DNA from: Nitrosopumilus sp.
Lineage (GTDB): Archaea; Thermoproteota; Nitrososphaeria; Nitrososphaerales; Nitrosopumilaceae
NCBI GenBank assembly: GCA_965207075.1
Contig: CBDBLO010000002.1
Span: 224,001 to 288,000, forward strand
Reading direction: 5' to 3'
DNA length: 64,000 bases
This document shows positions 27,120 to 36,666 of this stretch, one piece after another (within the stretch, counting starts at the first letter, position 1; each line of letters starts with the position of its first letter). Below the pieces are notes generated by a model. That model was given only the letters and a program-made list of their open reading frames with translations. It was not told where the DNA came from and made no database searches. Position numbers and translations under genes: made by a program.

Positions 27120-28390
27120 ACGAGCGCGACATACAGTTTCTAGAGTCCGCGTTCAAGAAGTATTACTATGACCATATATCTGAGATCCCCGTGCCCGACG
27201 ACATCCTGCACCGCGAGTTCGGGTACCAGAAGCTGGGGGTGGGGGGCATGACGCGACACATCCAGGTGAAGGACGCGGGGCAGATGCGCGTCATGTTCAT
27301 GAAGACCGTACCGTCAGACGCGTACTGCTCCAACTCGTACTATTCGTTTCCAAACCTGGACATGAGGGAGAAGGACTGGCGGGGGGCCGACCTCGTGTTC
27401 GACATTGACGCAAAGGACCTGGATCTGCCCTGCCGCAGGGACCACGTGCTTGCGGTATGCGAGACGTGCGGCCGATCCTGGATGGAGCAGGAAAGAGAAG
27501 AGGAAGAGAAAGGAAAGCAGGGAAAGGAAGGAGAAAGGGGAGCAGGTGAGGAAAGAGCAGTAGGCCCCGGGCGCGAGTGCGGCTCGTGCGGCCAGGCCGG
27601 CCGCGTGAGGCCCAAGTCGCTGCCGTGCAAAAAGTGCATGGCAGCGTCAAAAAAGCAGGTGGCCCTGCTGAACCGCATACTGCGCGACGAGCTCGGGGTG
27701 GGGCCGGATCACATCTCCACGTACTTTTCTGGAAACGAGGGGTTCCACGTGCACGTGTCGGATTCCAGGTTCAGGGGACTTGACGCGAGGGCGCGCGCCG
27801 ACCTTGCGGGCTACGTGATGCTGAGCGGGCTGATACCGGAGGCGCTTGGAATGCACAAGACCTCCGGGCTTGACAGGGACGAGCTGCCCGACCTGGGCCA
27901 GAAGGGGTGGCGCGGCAGGTTTGCAAAGGCCGCGTTTGGTTCAAAGGCCAAGCGGGCTGAGACTATCTCGGAGATGTCCAAGACCTCGTCCGGGGCCGCG
28001 TACGCCAGATTCGAGGGGATAATCAGGGAGGTGTCAGGCGACGTCGGCGCCAGGATAGACGCGCAGGTTACCGGCGACATACACCGCATATTCCGCATGC
28101 CGCACACGATAAACAGCAAGAGCGGGATGCTGAAGACGGCGTGCACCGGAGACGCGGACTCGTTTGACCCGTACGTGGACGCGGTGGTTCTAGACGAGGA
28201 CGAGACCGTATCAGTCGAGTGCGACTGTCCCGTCAGGTTCGGCCTCGGGAGCAAAAGGTTCGGGCCCTACAAGACGGGCGAGAGCGCGGAGCTGCCCGTG
28301 TACGCGGCCGCATATGCGATATGCAAGGGGTTCGGACGGCTGGCGGCCGACGCCGGCACCACCGACACCGCCGCCGCGAATGCGGACTGA
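27116..28390 (+). CDS. priS: DNA primase small (catalytic) subunit
   Basis: REFG, DLVFDID, FSGNEGFH, ID..VT.D.HR..R.P...NSKSG. Confidence 0.93.
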   Translation: MNERDIQFLESAFKKYYYDHISEIPVPDDILHREFGYQKLGVGGMTRHIQVKDAGQMRVMFMKTVPSDAYCSNSYYSFPNLDMREKDWRGADLVFDIDAKDLDLPCRRDHVLAVCETCGRSWMEQEREEEEKGKQGKEGERGAGEERAVGPGRECGSCGQAGRVRPKSLPCKKCMAASKKQVALLNRILRDELGVGPDHISTYFSGNEGFHVHVSDSRFRGLDARARADLAGYVMLSGLIPEALGMHKTSGLDRDELPDLGQKGWRGRFAKAAFGSKAKRAETISEMSKTSSGAAYARFEGIIREVSGDVGARIDAQVTGDIHRIFRMPHTINSKSGMLKTACTGDADSFDPYVDAVVLDEDETVSVECDCPVRFGLGSKRFGPYKTGESAELPVYAAAYAICKGFGRLAADAGTTDTAAANAD

Positions 28391-28546
28391 CGCGGCGGCC
28401 GCGGATTCTGAATATTGCCACACCAACGACCCCGCAGCCGCGGCGCACACACGCCGTACCCGAATCATTGCCGGTATAGCCGCCCGATCTATATAGTCGG
28501 CCCCCCGACAACACATTAATTTAACAAGCCATGAGCAAGTTCGGTT

Positions 28547-31483
28547 TTGTATAGCGCCACAACTGACAAGCAGGCACCTCCTCCTGACACGGGCAAGTAC
28601 ATGAAGCTCATCATAGTGGCGGCCGTGGCCGTGGCCACCATGCTCGTGGTCGGAAACCAGGGCGTAATTCTGTACATGAACTTTTCAGAATTCGGCGACC
28701 AGTTTACAAAGCCGCTGTACTATACGCTCGCATCCTCCATCATCCTCTCCGCCATAGCGCTGGTGCGCGTGAACATGGCGGCGCGCTCATCCATCTTCTG
28801 GTATGCGATCAAGACCGCAATCGCGTTCGTCGCCAGGGGCCCCAGGGCCCCCGGCACGGGCGCCACCGGAGGCACGGGCGCCACCGGAGGCGGGGGCCCC
28901 GGAATAAGCCCGTCCCAGATATCCGAGACCCTGCAGAGCTACTCGGAGTACAGGCTCGGGCCAGCATCCTTCGTGGTCTGGCAGATAACAAAGGTGCTGC
29001 TGTTTGGCGCCTTCTTTGCCAACATAATGTTCGGGTTTGCCGCAGTCGCGTTCCTGGTCGACGGCGACATGCTCGGGGTGGAGAACCTGCCCACGCTGTT
29101 CTCGCTGCCCTTCGTCACACCGCCGGAGGACGCGGCGTACGCGGCCGAGACCGTGGTCCCGATGATACCTGCTCTGGTGGTGCTGATACCACCGATACTG
29201 GCCGCCATCGGGCTGCGGCTCATGCTGTACGTGGGACTGCACCGCATCATACACGTCATCACGTCGTTCGTGCAGGACACCGACGGGGGCAAGCCCAGAT
29301 ATCTCAACTACGTCTCCACCATAGAGGGGCTGGTGGGCATAGCCGTGCTGTGGGCAGGCTTCAACATGTTCTTTACAAACGAGATAGACTACAACACCAG
29401 ATACGAGATAGGCGGCGTCCTGATAATCGGACTGGCGCTCATAGCGTTCTCCGCCGTCGACCGCATACGGGCCCGCGTCCTGACCCACATGTTCAAGCGG
29501 GACGTCTACGTCAGGTTCCTCACGATCCTCGCCATATCCATAGCCGTCTTTGCCTTTGTCGCGGTGAACGACACGATAGCCGACGCCCGCAAGATAGAGT
29601 ACCTGGGGCCCTACACGGCGCAGCAGATAGGCGTGAACCGCTACCTGGGGCAGCTTGACCAGATCACCGAGAACACGCACGACGTGAAGCTCAACCCGGT
29701 CTCGCCCAACGACATAAACAACTACGCGGTGGACAACGCCGACGTGCTCGACGTCATACGCGTCTGGGACTGGGAGGCCGCGTTTGCAAAGCTAAAGCCG
29801 GAGATCGGGCTGATCCCGTACGTGGACTTTGAGGACAACGACATACTGAGGTTCAACAACACGCTGTACTGGACCGCGTCGATGAAGCCCATCCTGCCCT
29901 CGTCGGTGTCCGCGGAGAACCAGTGGTACAACCAGCATCTGGTATACACGCACGTGCCGGACGCCTTCCTGACGCTCGAGGCCACGGACGGCCAGATAGT
30001 GGACAGCGACCAATTCTTCCAGCAGCGCGAGATATACTACGGGGAGGGCGGCCTCTTCGAGCTCACGTGGTCCGGCTACTCTAACTCGAGGGGCACGAGC
30101 AGCGACGAGCTCGGCAACGTACAGTACGCCGGGGTGGGCGGCCTGGACGTGGGGCCCCCGCTCAGCTGGATATTCGAGCCCAACTTTTTGCTGCAGTTTC
30201 CGGCCGAGTCGGTGCACGTGATGAGGTACAAGGACGTCAACGACCGCATGGAGATACTCTACCCGTACTTCCTGTACGACCTGTTCGGCAAGGAGCTCGA
30301 CTCTCTGCCCGTGACGGACGGCGAGAACTCGTACTGGCTGGTGCCGCTCATCATAGGATTCGAGACGGAGAACGTGCCTTGGTCCATAAGCAACCCGTAC
30401 CTGAGGCTGGTCGGGTACGCGCTCATAGACTCGTACGACGGGGACATACAGCTGCTAAAGACCGGGGATGACTTCTTCTCGGAGATGTTCGCCGCGCAGT
30501 ACGCGGACCAGTTCAGCCCCATGCCGCCGTGGCTCGAGGAGCAGATCAGGTATCCCGTCGAGCTGTTCAACTGGAAGACTGAGATGTACAACATATACCA
30601 CGTAACCGACGTCGACACGTTCATCCAGGCAAACGAGTTTTACGAGATTCCACGCGGGCTTGACACGTACTACGTGGAGGCAAAGCCGCCGGGCTTCAAC
30701 CAGACCGAGTTCCTGGGGCTGCTGTCGCTTGAGCTGAGAGGCTCGCAGGGCAGGAACCTGGCGGGGTACATCGTAGTAGAGAACGACCTGTCGAACCTGG
30801 GGCAGATCCAGTTCTACGAGGTGCCGCTCAACTCCACGACAAAGCTGATAGGGCCCACGGCAGTCAGGGAGGCGCTCGACCGCGACCCCGAGTTTGCGCA
30901 GCTCAAGACACTGCTGAGAAACCCGCGGATCGGCGACAACATTCTGTACCGCGTGGGCGAGCACGACGTCTACTTCATCCCGGTGTATACGGCGGGAGCG
31001 GGCGGCGTGGTGGCGCAGCTCGGCACCATCGCGGCAGTCGGCGCCGCGTTCAACGGCGAGTATTTCGTGGGGCTGGGCGACACGCAGGAGGATGCCTTCA
31101 AGGCGTACCTGAGCAAGGTGTCCGGCGTGGCCCCCACCGATATAGAGGTCGGCGACGGGTTCGTGGAGCTGGACCGCGACGAGCGCGCCGATATAGTGCG
31201 GCAGGTCTTCGTAGACAGCGAGCTGAGTGTCGACGAGCCGACCAGGCTGTCGGTGCCGCTGTCGTTCAACGAGGGCGAGCTGTTCTTCTACTCGGACAGG
31301 GACCGCGAGGAGACGGAGGAGGCGCTGCTGCAGTTCATAGACGACTTCGTGGTGCCCAGGACCGACCGCGTCCTGATCTGGGAGGAGGAGACAGACGAGG
31401 GCGTCATGATAAACATCGGCACCATCGTGATCAAGGACAACGTGCCGGAGCTGCACTACGTGTCGGTAGGGGTCGGCATCTAG
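28547..31483 (+). CDS. UPF0182-family membrane protein
   Basis: About 7 N-terminal TMs plus large soluble domain with IRVWD, HLVYTH, IYYGE, IRYP.ELF motifs; TTG start. Confidence 0.85.
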   Translation: MYSATTDKQAPPPDTGKYMKLIIVAAVAVATMLVVGNQGVILYMNFSEFGDQFTKPLYYTLASSIILSAIALVRVNMAARSSIFWYAIKTAIAFVARGPRAPGTGATGGTGATGGGGPGISPSQISETLQSYSEYRLGPASFVVWQITKVLLFGAFFANIMFGFAAVAFLVDGDMLGVENLPTLFSLPFVTPPEDAAYAAETVVPMIPALVVLIPPILAAIGLRLMLYVGLHRIIHVITSFVQDTDGGKPRYLNYVSTIEGLVGIAVLWAGFNMFFTNEIDYNTRYEIGGVLIIGLALIAFSAVDRIRARVLTHMFKRDVYVRFLTILAISIAVFAFVAVNDTIADARKIEYLGPYTAQQIGVNRYLGQLDQITENTHDVKLNPVSPNDINNYAVDNADVLDVIRVWDWEAAFAKLKPEIGLIPYVDFEDNDILRFNNTLYWTASMKPILPSSVSAENQWYNQHLVYTHVPDAFLTLEATDGQIVDSDQFFQQREIYYGEGGLFELTWSGYSNSRGTSSDELGNVQYAGVGGLDVGPPLSWIFEPNFLLQFPAESVHVMRYKDVNDRMEILYPYFLYDLFGKELDSLPVTDGENSYWLVPLIIGFETENVPWSISNPYLRLVGYALIDSYDGDIQLLKTGDDFFSEMFAAQYADQFSPMPPWLEEQIRYPVELFNWKTEMYNIYHVTDVDTFIQANEFYEIPRGLDTYYVEAKPPGFNQTEFLGLLSLELRGSQGRNLAGYIVVENDLSNLGQIQFYEVPLNSTTKLIGPTAVREALDRDPEFAQLKTLLRNPRIGDNILYRVGEHDVYFIPVYTAGAGGVVAQLGTIAAVGAAFNGEYFVGLGDTQEDAFKAYLSKVSGVAPTDIEVGDGFVELDRDERADIVRQVFVDSELSVDEPTRLSVPLSFNEGELFFYSDRDREETEEALLQFIDDFVVPRTDRVLIWEEETDEGVMINIGTIVIKDNVPELHYVSVGVGI
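28853..28888 (+). repeat. 18-bp in-frame tandem duplication (GTGATG x2)
   Basis: GGCACGGGCGCCACCGGA occurs twice in tandem. Confidence 0.9.
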
Positions 31484-32056
31484 TTGCCCGCGCCAGGCGC
31501 GACGATGCTGGTGGTGGACAACGGCTCGTCGTATACGGACGACTTGGCGGCGGTGCTTGAAAAGTTCGACTGCACGTACAGGAGGGTGATCCCCTCCGAG
31601 ATATCGGCCGAGGAGCTGCCCACGTACGGCGGGTTCATACTGTCGGGCCGGAAGCGCAACGACCGGCTGGTAAACGAGGTGAACTCCAGGGTCGTCAGGC
31701 ACGCGGTATCGTCGGGCGCAAAGCTGCTGGGCATATGCTACGGCGCCGAGATCATGGCGCTGTGCATGGGGGGGACGATACGCCGCTCCGAGGTGCCGCA
31801 GAGAAACATGCGCTGCGCCGTCGTGGTGTCAAAGCCGACACCGATCACCCCGGACGCGGGCGCCAGTATCGACGTCTTTGAGAGCCACGCGTACGAGATA
31901 TCCAGGCTGCCTCCGGCGTTCGAGTCGGTGGGCGGCTCTCCCGACTGCAGGCACGAGATAATCAGGTACAAGGGCAGGGACGTCTACGGGACGCAGTTCC
32001 ATCCCGAGATGAGCAGGGACGGCCGCCGTATGGTGGAGCGGTTCTGCGGACTGTGA
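31484..32056 (+). CDS. Class I glutamine amidotransferase (GMP synthase A-like)
   Basis: VDNGS, ILSG, LGICYG nucleophile, QFHPE. Confidence 0.88.
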   Translation: MPAPGATMLVVDNGSSYTDDLAAVLEKFDCTYRRVIPSEISAEELPTYGGFILSGRKRNDRLVNEVNSRVVRHAVSSGAKLLGICYGAEIMALCMGGTIRRSEVPQRNMRCAVVVSKPTPITPDAGASIDVFESHAYEISRLPPAFESVGGSPDCRHEIIRYKGRDVYGTQFHPEMSRDGRRMVERFCGL

Positions 32057-32145
32057 TGTCATGGACGCGGCGGCCCCGCCAAACGTACGCCGCCACCGCC
32101 ACGCGTCGTTGAACGATTTTAATAACTCCGCAGCGCCGGGATGCC

Positions 32146-33144
32146 ATGTCGTCCGAAGATGACAATGGCAGCAACAGTAGCGACCGCGTGCTCTTCCTGC
32201 CGCTGGTAAGCGAGGAGCTCGTGTCGCTGCCGCTTCCGATCAACGTGGTGTCCACGTACTGGAACGTGCCGCTTCCGATGGCAGAGGCAGTCGAGGCCGC
32301 AAAGAGGTATCCCTCGTTTGAGGGCGGCATCATAATAGAGGGAGTCGAGCTTGCCGAGCGGCACGGCCTGGCGTGCGTGATGCTGCATTCAGACATGCAG
32401 GGGCTCAGAACCGCCATCGACGCGGGCATCCCGCCCATAGTGATGCTGCCCGGGATCCCGGGCAGCCCGGAGATTACCCAGCACGCGTCCGTGATATCCG
32501 GGTACGGGGACGACACGGTGTACCACTACGTGCAAAAGGGAAACGAGGAGGGCGACCAGCAGGAGGGCGCGATACCCGCCAATGTATTTGACCGGGAGTG
32601 GTCCGAGGAGGGCAGGCTGATGATTCTGGTGGCGCCCCCGGAGAGCATCTCCCCCCTGCCGATGCGGATCTCGGCGCAGGTAAGCGTGGCGTGCAGGCTG
32701 TGCTTTGACGCGGAGAGGGCGATGATACTGGGTGACAAGTCTGGCGCCTCAGGCTCGCTGAAGGAGGCGCTGGAGATGGATCCGGAGAACCCGACTGCCC
32801 TGCAGATGCTCGGCGGCCTGTGCAACGAGCAGGGCCTGCCCGAGTGCGTCGGATATTACGAGCGGTGCATACGCGCAAACGGCAGCGCGTTCCTCGCGCA
32901 CAACGGCCTCGGCAACTATTATCTGAAGAGGGGCGAGTCTGCCAAGGCCGAGTCGTACTATACAAAGGCGATAGGGATAAACCCGAAGAGGTCCGCCCGC
33001 ATCTACAAGAACCGCGCGTACCTGCGCGAAAAGCAGGGCGACCGGGAGGGTACGCTGGAGGACCTGCACGCGTACCTAAAGCAGCTGCCAAGCGCGCCCG
33101 ACAGGGGGGCCATAGAGCAGGCGATAAGGGAGCTGTCTAACTGA
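32146..33144 (+). CDS. C39-peptidase-like domain plus TPR repeats
   Basis: IDAGIPPIV...HASVISGY N-domain; TPR helices (AHNGLGNYY, AIGINP, IYKNRA). Confidence 0.75.
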   Translation: MSSEDDNGSNSSDRVLFLPLVSEELVSLPLPINVVSTYWNVPLPMAEAVEAAKRYPSFEGGIIIEGVELAERHGLACVMLHSDMQGLRTAIDAGIPPIVMLPGIPGSPEITQHASVISGYGDDTVYHYVQKGNEEGDQQEGAIPANVFDREWSEEGRLMILVAPPESISPLPMRISAQVSVACRLCFDAERAMILGDKSGASGSLKEALEMDPENPTALQMLGGLCNEQGLPECVGYYERCIRANGSAFLAHNGLGNYYLKRGESAKAESYYTKAIGINPKRSARIYKNRAYLREKQGDREGTLEDLHAYLKQLPSAPDRGAIEQAIRELSN

Positions 33145-33147
33145 TGG

Positions 33148-33224
33148 TGGTGCGGAGTGCGGGATTCGAACCCGCGGCCTTCAGCTTGGGAAGCTGACGT
33201 CATACCGAGCTAAACTAACTCCGC
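33148..33224 (-). tRNA. tRNA-Gly(CCC), CCA present in DNA
   Basis: GCGGAGT acceptor, anticodon arm TCAGC-TTCCCAA-GCTGA, T arm GGTTCGAATCC. Confidence 0.95.
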
Positions 33225-33279
33225 CCGCGCTTTCTGTGCTGTACCCTATGATTAAATATCTTGGCCACGTCACGTGGGT

Positions 33280-33453
33280 ATGGACGCAAAGTGCCCCGAG
33301 TGCGAGGGCGTGGCCGTGCTTGATGACGACGTCACCGTGGTGAGGTGCCCCCACTGCGGCTTTGAAAAGGGATACGAGGAGTACCTCGAGATAATGAAGG
33401 ATCTGGCAGTCAACATGGCCACCGACTACATTCCCGACAGGCCTGGCTTGTGA
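33280..33453 (+). CDS. 57-aa zinc-ribbon microprotein (not in ORF track)
   Basis: MDAKCPEC...RCPHCG...PDRPGL; TATA-like ATTAAATA about 25 nt upstream. Confidence 0.8.
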   Translation: MDAKCPECEGVAVLDDDVTVVRCPHCGFEKGYEEYLEIMKDLAVNMATDYIPDRPGL

Positions 33454-33488
33454 TGGCGGTCGTGACGGCGGCGCGCGGCCGCCTCTGA

Positions 33489-33638
33489 TTACCAGTAGCT
33501 GCCCTTGTCCGAGCAGTCCAGATGGGAGCCGCAATTGCCGCACAGCAAGTGGCATGCCTGCATCTCTATCATGGCGTGGTTGCACCTGGGGCATGCGACC
33601 GCACCACTGTCATCCGAACCTTTGTTCTCCACTTGCAT
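33489..33638 (-). CDS. 49-aa CPxC zinc-finger microprotein (not in ORF track)
   Basis: MQVENK...CPRCNHAMIEMQACHLLCGNCGSHLDCSDKGSYW; TATA-like TATTTA upstream. Confidence 0.8.
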   Translation of the reverse strand: MQVENKGSDDSGAVACPRCNHAMIEMQACHLLCGNCGSHLDCSDKGSYW

Positions 33639-33834
33639 GAGGTACAATTATGGCACATCCTAAATAATGTGCCGCGCCGTTGGCGTCGTGTGGAGCCCAA
33701 GCAGACTCACCCTTGAGTCCAAGCAGTTTGTAGACATGCCGTACATCACAGCGTCTCTCCGTATGTATATTCCGAGATGATCTCCATTCCGAGTATGAGT
33801 GCGCTGCGGCCCCGGGGGAGAACGGCTTTTTGGA

Positions 33835-34105
33835 TGCCACAGGTTCCACAAGATACACGTAGGCCTTGATGCGTGGCATGTTCACAAACCACGGCCATGG
33901 CGGTGGAGTGCGTGGGATCCACACGATTAGCATGGCGGAAAGCTCCGGCCGGTCCGCCGCGTGTCAGGACGCACTGGCCCATGAGGTTGTCTGCCTGCGC
34001 GCCGCAGCTGGCAGTTCCCGAATCCGGCAGCCGCGCGGGGAAACCATGGGCTTGCCCAAGCTCCATGCAAGGGCCGATGGGGGTTATAGCGCAAAAGTGA
34101 TAATT
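33835..34105 (+). pseudogene. Possible heavily degraded IS5-type transposase remnant
   Basis: RFHKIHVGLDA, HD and ADGGYS in different frames, in IS5 motif order. Confidence 0.25.
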
Positions 34106-34124
34106 GTGCGTGGCGCGGGCCTGC

Positions 34125-35441
34125 CTAGCGGCACATCTGCGGGGTCCTATCATCGAGCTCGAGCCATATGTAGCCGCCGTTGCTCTGGCCCATCCTGTGC
34201 TCGTTAAAGTTCCCGGCCCCGACGGCAAGATCGCCGGTCTGACGGTCCAGGCTGTAGTCGCCCAGCGCGCCCTCGCCCAAAAGGCGTGTGGTGTGCTGTA
34301 GCACGTGTATGTCGTCGTTGGCCACCTCTAATATGGTCTCCTTCAGGTTAAGATTGTCGGCTTCTGCTATCAAGATGCTGCTGGCCAGCAGGTGGACCGC
34401 GTCATACGCGGCATAGTTGGCGTATACGTTGTGCAGCCTGCTTGGATTCGGGAGGGCCTTTAGCTCGTTGACGATGGGGGTCTCAAATATCTCGTACGCG
34501 AGGATGGTCATGTTCACCCTGGCGGAGAACTCGGCCATCGACGGATCCGTCGCGACCCTGTCCACGAGTATCGCGTCCGTGCCGTACCACCTTACACTGT
34601 CAAGGTTGGCAAGGTTCGGGTTGTCGTTGATCACTCCGACAAGGGTGTTGTAGTGGTACACGTCGCTGACAAACATGACGCCTACGCTGTCCTGCCCGTA
34701 TACGTCAATCAGGGCACCCAATCTATTATTGAGATCAGTGGCGGCCTGCAGGTTCAATTCGCCACTGTTCGGCGTGTCCTCGCTGTAGACCAGGAGTGGT
34801 TCGAAGGGAGTGCCAAAGCGATCGCGCACGGCCTCTGGCGCCGGGAACGGGGAGCTCCCCCTTGCGGCATCTATCACCATAATAAGCCTGTCCGTGCCGT
34901 ACTTGTCATACAACGGAGTGGTCACCCTGGCCAATTCATCGTTGTTCGGGGTGAGCCTGAAGAGGTTGTCGTCGGAGTTGTATAGATCGTGGACGACCGT
35001 CTGGGACTTTGGCGATATCAGTATGGAACTTGCCGCGACCGGGCTCAGGACTTCAGCGCCCTGGATCTCGCCTGCAGCAAGCGCGTCTACGGTCCCCTTT
35101 ACGGCGCCAAGAGCGACCTCGTCGCTTGGCGCAATAAAGTGAATCAAGCCCTGCTGGTAAGCAGATATGATCTTCAGTACAACCGACTCGGGGTTGGCAA
35201 AGTCCGACACGTCGATCCTCACGAGCTCCACCGTGCTATTGATCGCAGTAAATTCACTGTTCAGGTCCCTCTTGGCAATCTCCATTGCCGCCAACGGGCC
35301 CGCATCTATGTCGGTGGGATGCGACGTCAGCACCCCGATCCTGATGTCGGTCTGTGCATATGCCTCGCCGTGCATCAAAGAGGCGGCGGCAGTGATAGCC
35401 ACTGCTACCAGTACGGCCGCCCATGCTTTCATATACATCAC
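34125..35441 (-). CDS. Secreted type-1 periplasmic-binding-fold protein (branched-chain amino acid SBP-like), orphan
   Basis: Signal peptide; IRIGVL, LISP.S, DDNLFRLTP, VRWYGTD, AAYDAV..LA, GALGD..LD..GDL. Confidence 0.82.
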   Translation of the reverse strand: MMYMKAWAAVLVAVAITAAASLMHGEAYAQTDIRIGVLTSHPTDIDAGPLAAMEIAKRDLNSEFTAINSTVELVRIDVSDFANPESVVLKIISAYQQGLIHFIAPSDEVALGAVKGTVDALAAGEIQGAEVLSPVAASSILISPKSQTVVHDLYNSDDNLFRLTPNNDELARVTTPLYDKYGTDRLIMVIDAARGSSPFPAPEAVRDRFGTPFEPLLVYSEDTPNSGELNLQAATDLNNRLGALIDVYGQDSVGVMFVSDVYHYNTLVGVINDNPNLANLDSVRWYGTDAILVDRVATDPSMAEFSARVNMTILAYEIFETPIVNELKALPNPSRLHNVYANYAAYDAVHLLASSILIAEADNLNLKETILEVANDDIHVLQHTTRLLGEGALGDYSLDRQTGDLAVGAGNFNEHRMGQSNGGYIWLELDDRTPQMCR

Positions 35442-35463
35442 TGTTAATACTTGTTATTAACAG
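35441..35463. promoter_or_regulatory. Perfect 9-bp inverted repeat (operator-like) at the SBP start
   Basis: CTGTTAATA-cttgt-TATTAACAG. Confidence 0.5.
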
Positions 35464-35484
35464 TTTGGTAAGTGTACCACTAGT

Positions 35485-36525
35485 TGTAGTATATGAAAAG
35501 TCGTTCCGCTACTCATGGGCATCCTTCTCCATCCATTCGGTGTCCTCTTTCCTGATCGCCTCGGTGGCCTTTTTGTTTCTAAAGGCCATTAGAGGGGTCT
35601 CGTAGTTGTCGATATCGAGGGAGAAGTGCAGCCGTCGCTCGTTGTAATAGTCGATGTACGCGCCCAGGCTCTCGTAGTTCCAGATCTCCTCCTCGATGCT
35701 GCGGTGGAACCTCTCGAGCTTGCCGTTCGTCTGGGGGTGGTATGGCCTGGAGTTTATCAGGGCGATGCCCCTCTCGAGCAGCTCCTCCTCGAAGACCGTC
35801 GGCTGCCACGTCCCCATCGGTCCCTTCTTCCTGCCGTTCCGGCCCACGAAGCAGGAGCCGTTGTCTGACAGTATCGATGCCGGCCTGCCGAACCTACTGA
35901 TTGCAAGCCTGAGCAGCATTACCGCGTTCTCGGACGTGGCATGCTCAAAGAGCGCGGCCCCAGTGACGCACCGCGACGCGTCGTCAAGGTATGTGATTAG
36001 TTGGTAGCCTTGAAAGCGATGATCCTTCATCTCGTGCCAGTCGGTATGCCACATGGCGTTGGCGTACATCCGCTCGTACCGGACCCACTTGCGCCTCTTT
36101 GACCTGGCTGCAGACGCCGCCACCATGCCGCTCTTCTTCAATATCCGGTATACCCGATCGTAGCTTATATCATGATTCTTTCTCAGGGCCCTTGCGACGC
36201 GCACGGCGCCGACCGGCTGTTCTCCGTAGGCCTCGGTCACCAGTCGTATCTGGGCCTCCGTGACGTAGTCCCTGGGCCTGCCCATCCTCAGGCGCGTGCA
36301 GCCGGTCTTCTGGTACCTTGCCCACAGCATGCGCACGCACCTGGCAGAGATGTTCAGATCCCTCGCTATCCGGGATGCAGGTACGCCCTTCCTGCGGTTT
36401 CTGATTATGTGCTGTCTGGCGTCTTCTGAGAGCCCCTCTGGCACGGGTTTTCGTGATCGGTGCAGCCTAAAATAATCGGCGATCGGCCTCCTGAACCTAT
36501 GCGGATCGACTTTTCGTGCAATAGA
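35485..36525 (-). mobile_element. IS481-family element, 1041 bp, flanked by 16-bp direct repeats
   Basis: Imperfect 25-bp IRs (19/25; core GAAAAGTCG.TCCGC); TAAGTGTACCACTAGT at 35469-35484 and 36526-36541. Confidence 0.9.
35509..36444 (-). CDS. IS481-family transposase (HTH plus rve integrase core)
   Basis: Likely GTG start at 36444; WHTD, LDDASR, LSDNGS, PYHPQTNGKLERFH, YYNERRLH. Confidence 0.93.
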   Translation of the reverse strand: MPEGLSEDARQHIIRNRRKGVPASRIARDLNISARCVRMLWARYQKTGCTRLRMGRPRDYVTEAQIRLVTEAYGEQPVGAVRVARALRKNHDISYDRVYRILKKSGMVAASAARSKRRKWVRYERMYANAMWHTDWHEMKDHRFQGYQLITYLDDASRCVTGAALFEHATSENAVMLLRLAISRFGRPASILSDNGSCFVGRNGRKKGPMGTWQPTVFEEELLERGIALINSRPYHPQTNGKLERFHRSIEEEIWNYESLGAYIDYYNERRLHFSLDIDNYETPLMAFRNKKATEAIRKEDTEWMEKDAHE

Positions 36526-36666
36526 TAAGTGTACCACTAGTCATTCCAACTCCCCTAGGAGTTGCTTGATTTCAGGATCTGCGCGTCGGCTCTGGACAGA
36601 TCGCCGCCTGCGAACTGGGGGTCCCGCCTGCCAAAGGATTATTAGCCTCAGATCCGCCCCGCCTGC

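Noticed and set aside
33148-36600. tRNA-anchored integrated element at tRNA-Gly
   Set aside because: Accessory genes lie on the tRNA 5' side; no integrase and no duplicated tRNA 3' end seen
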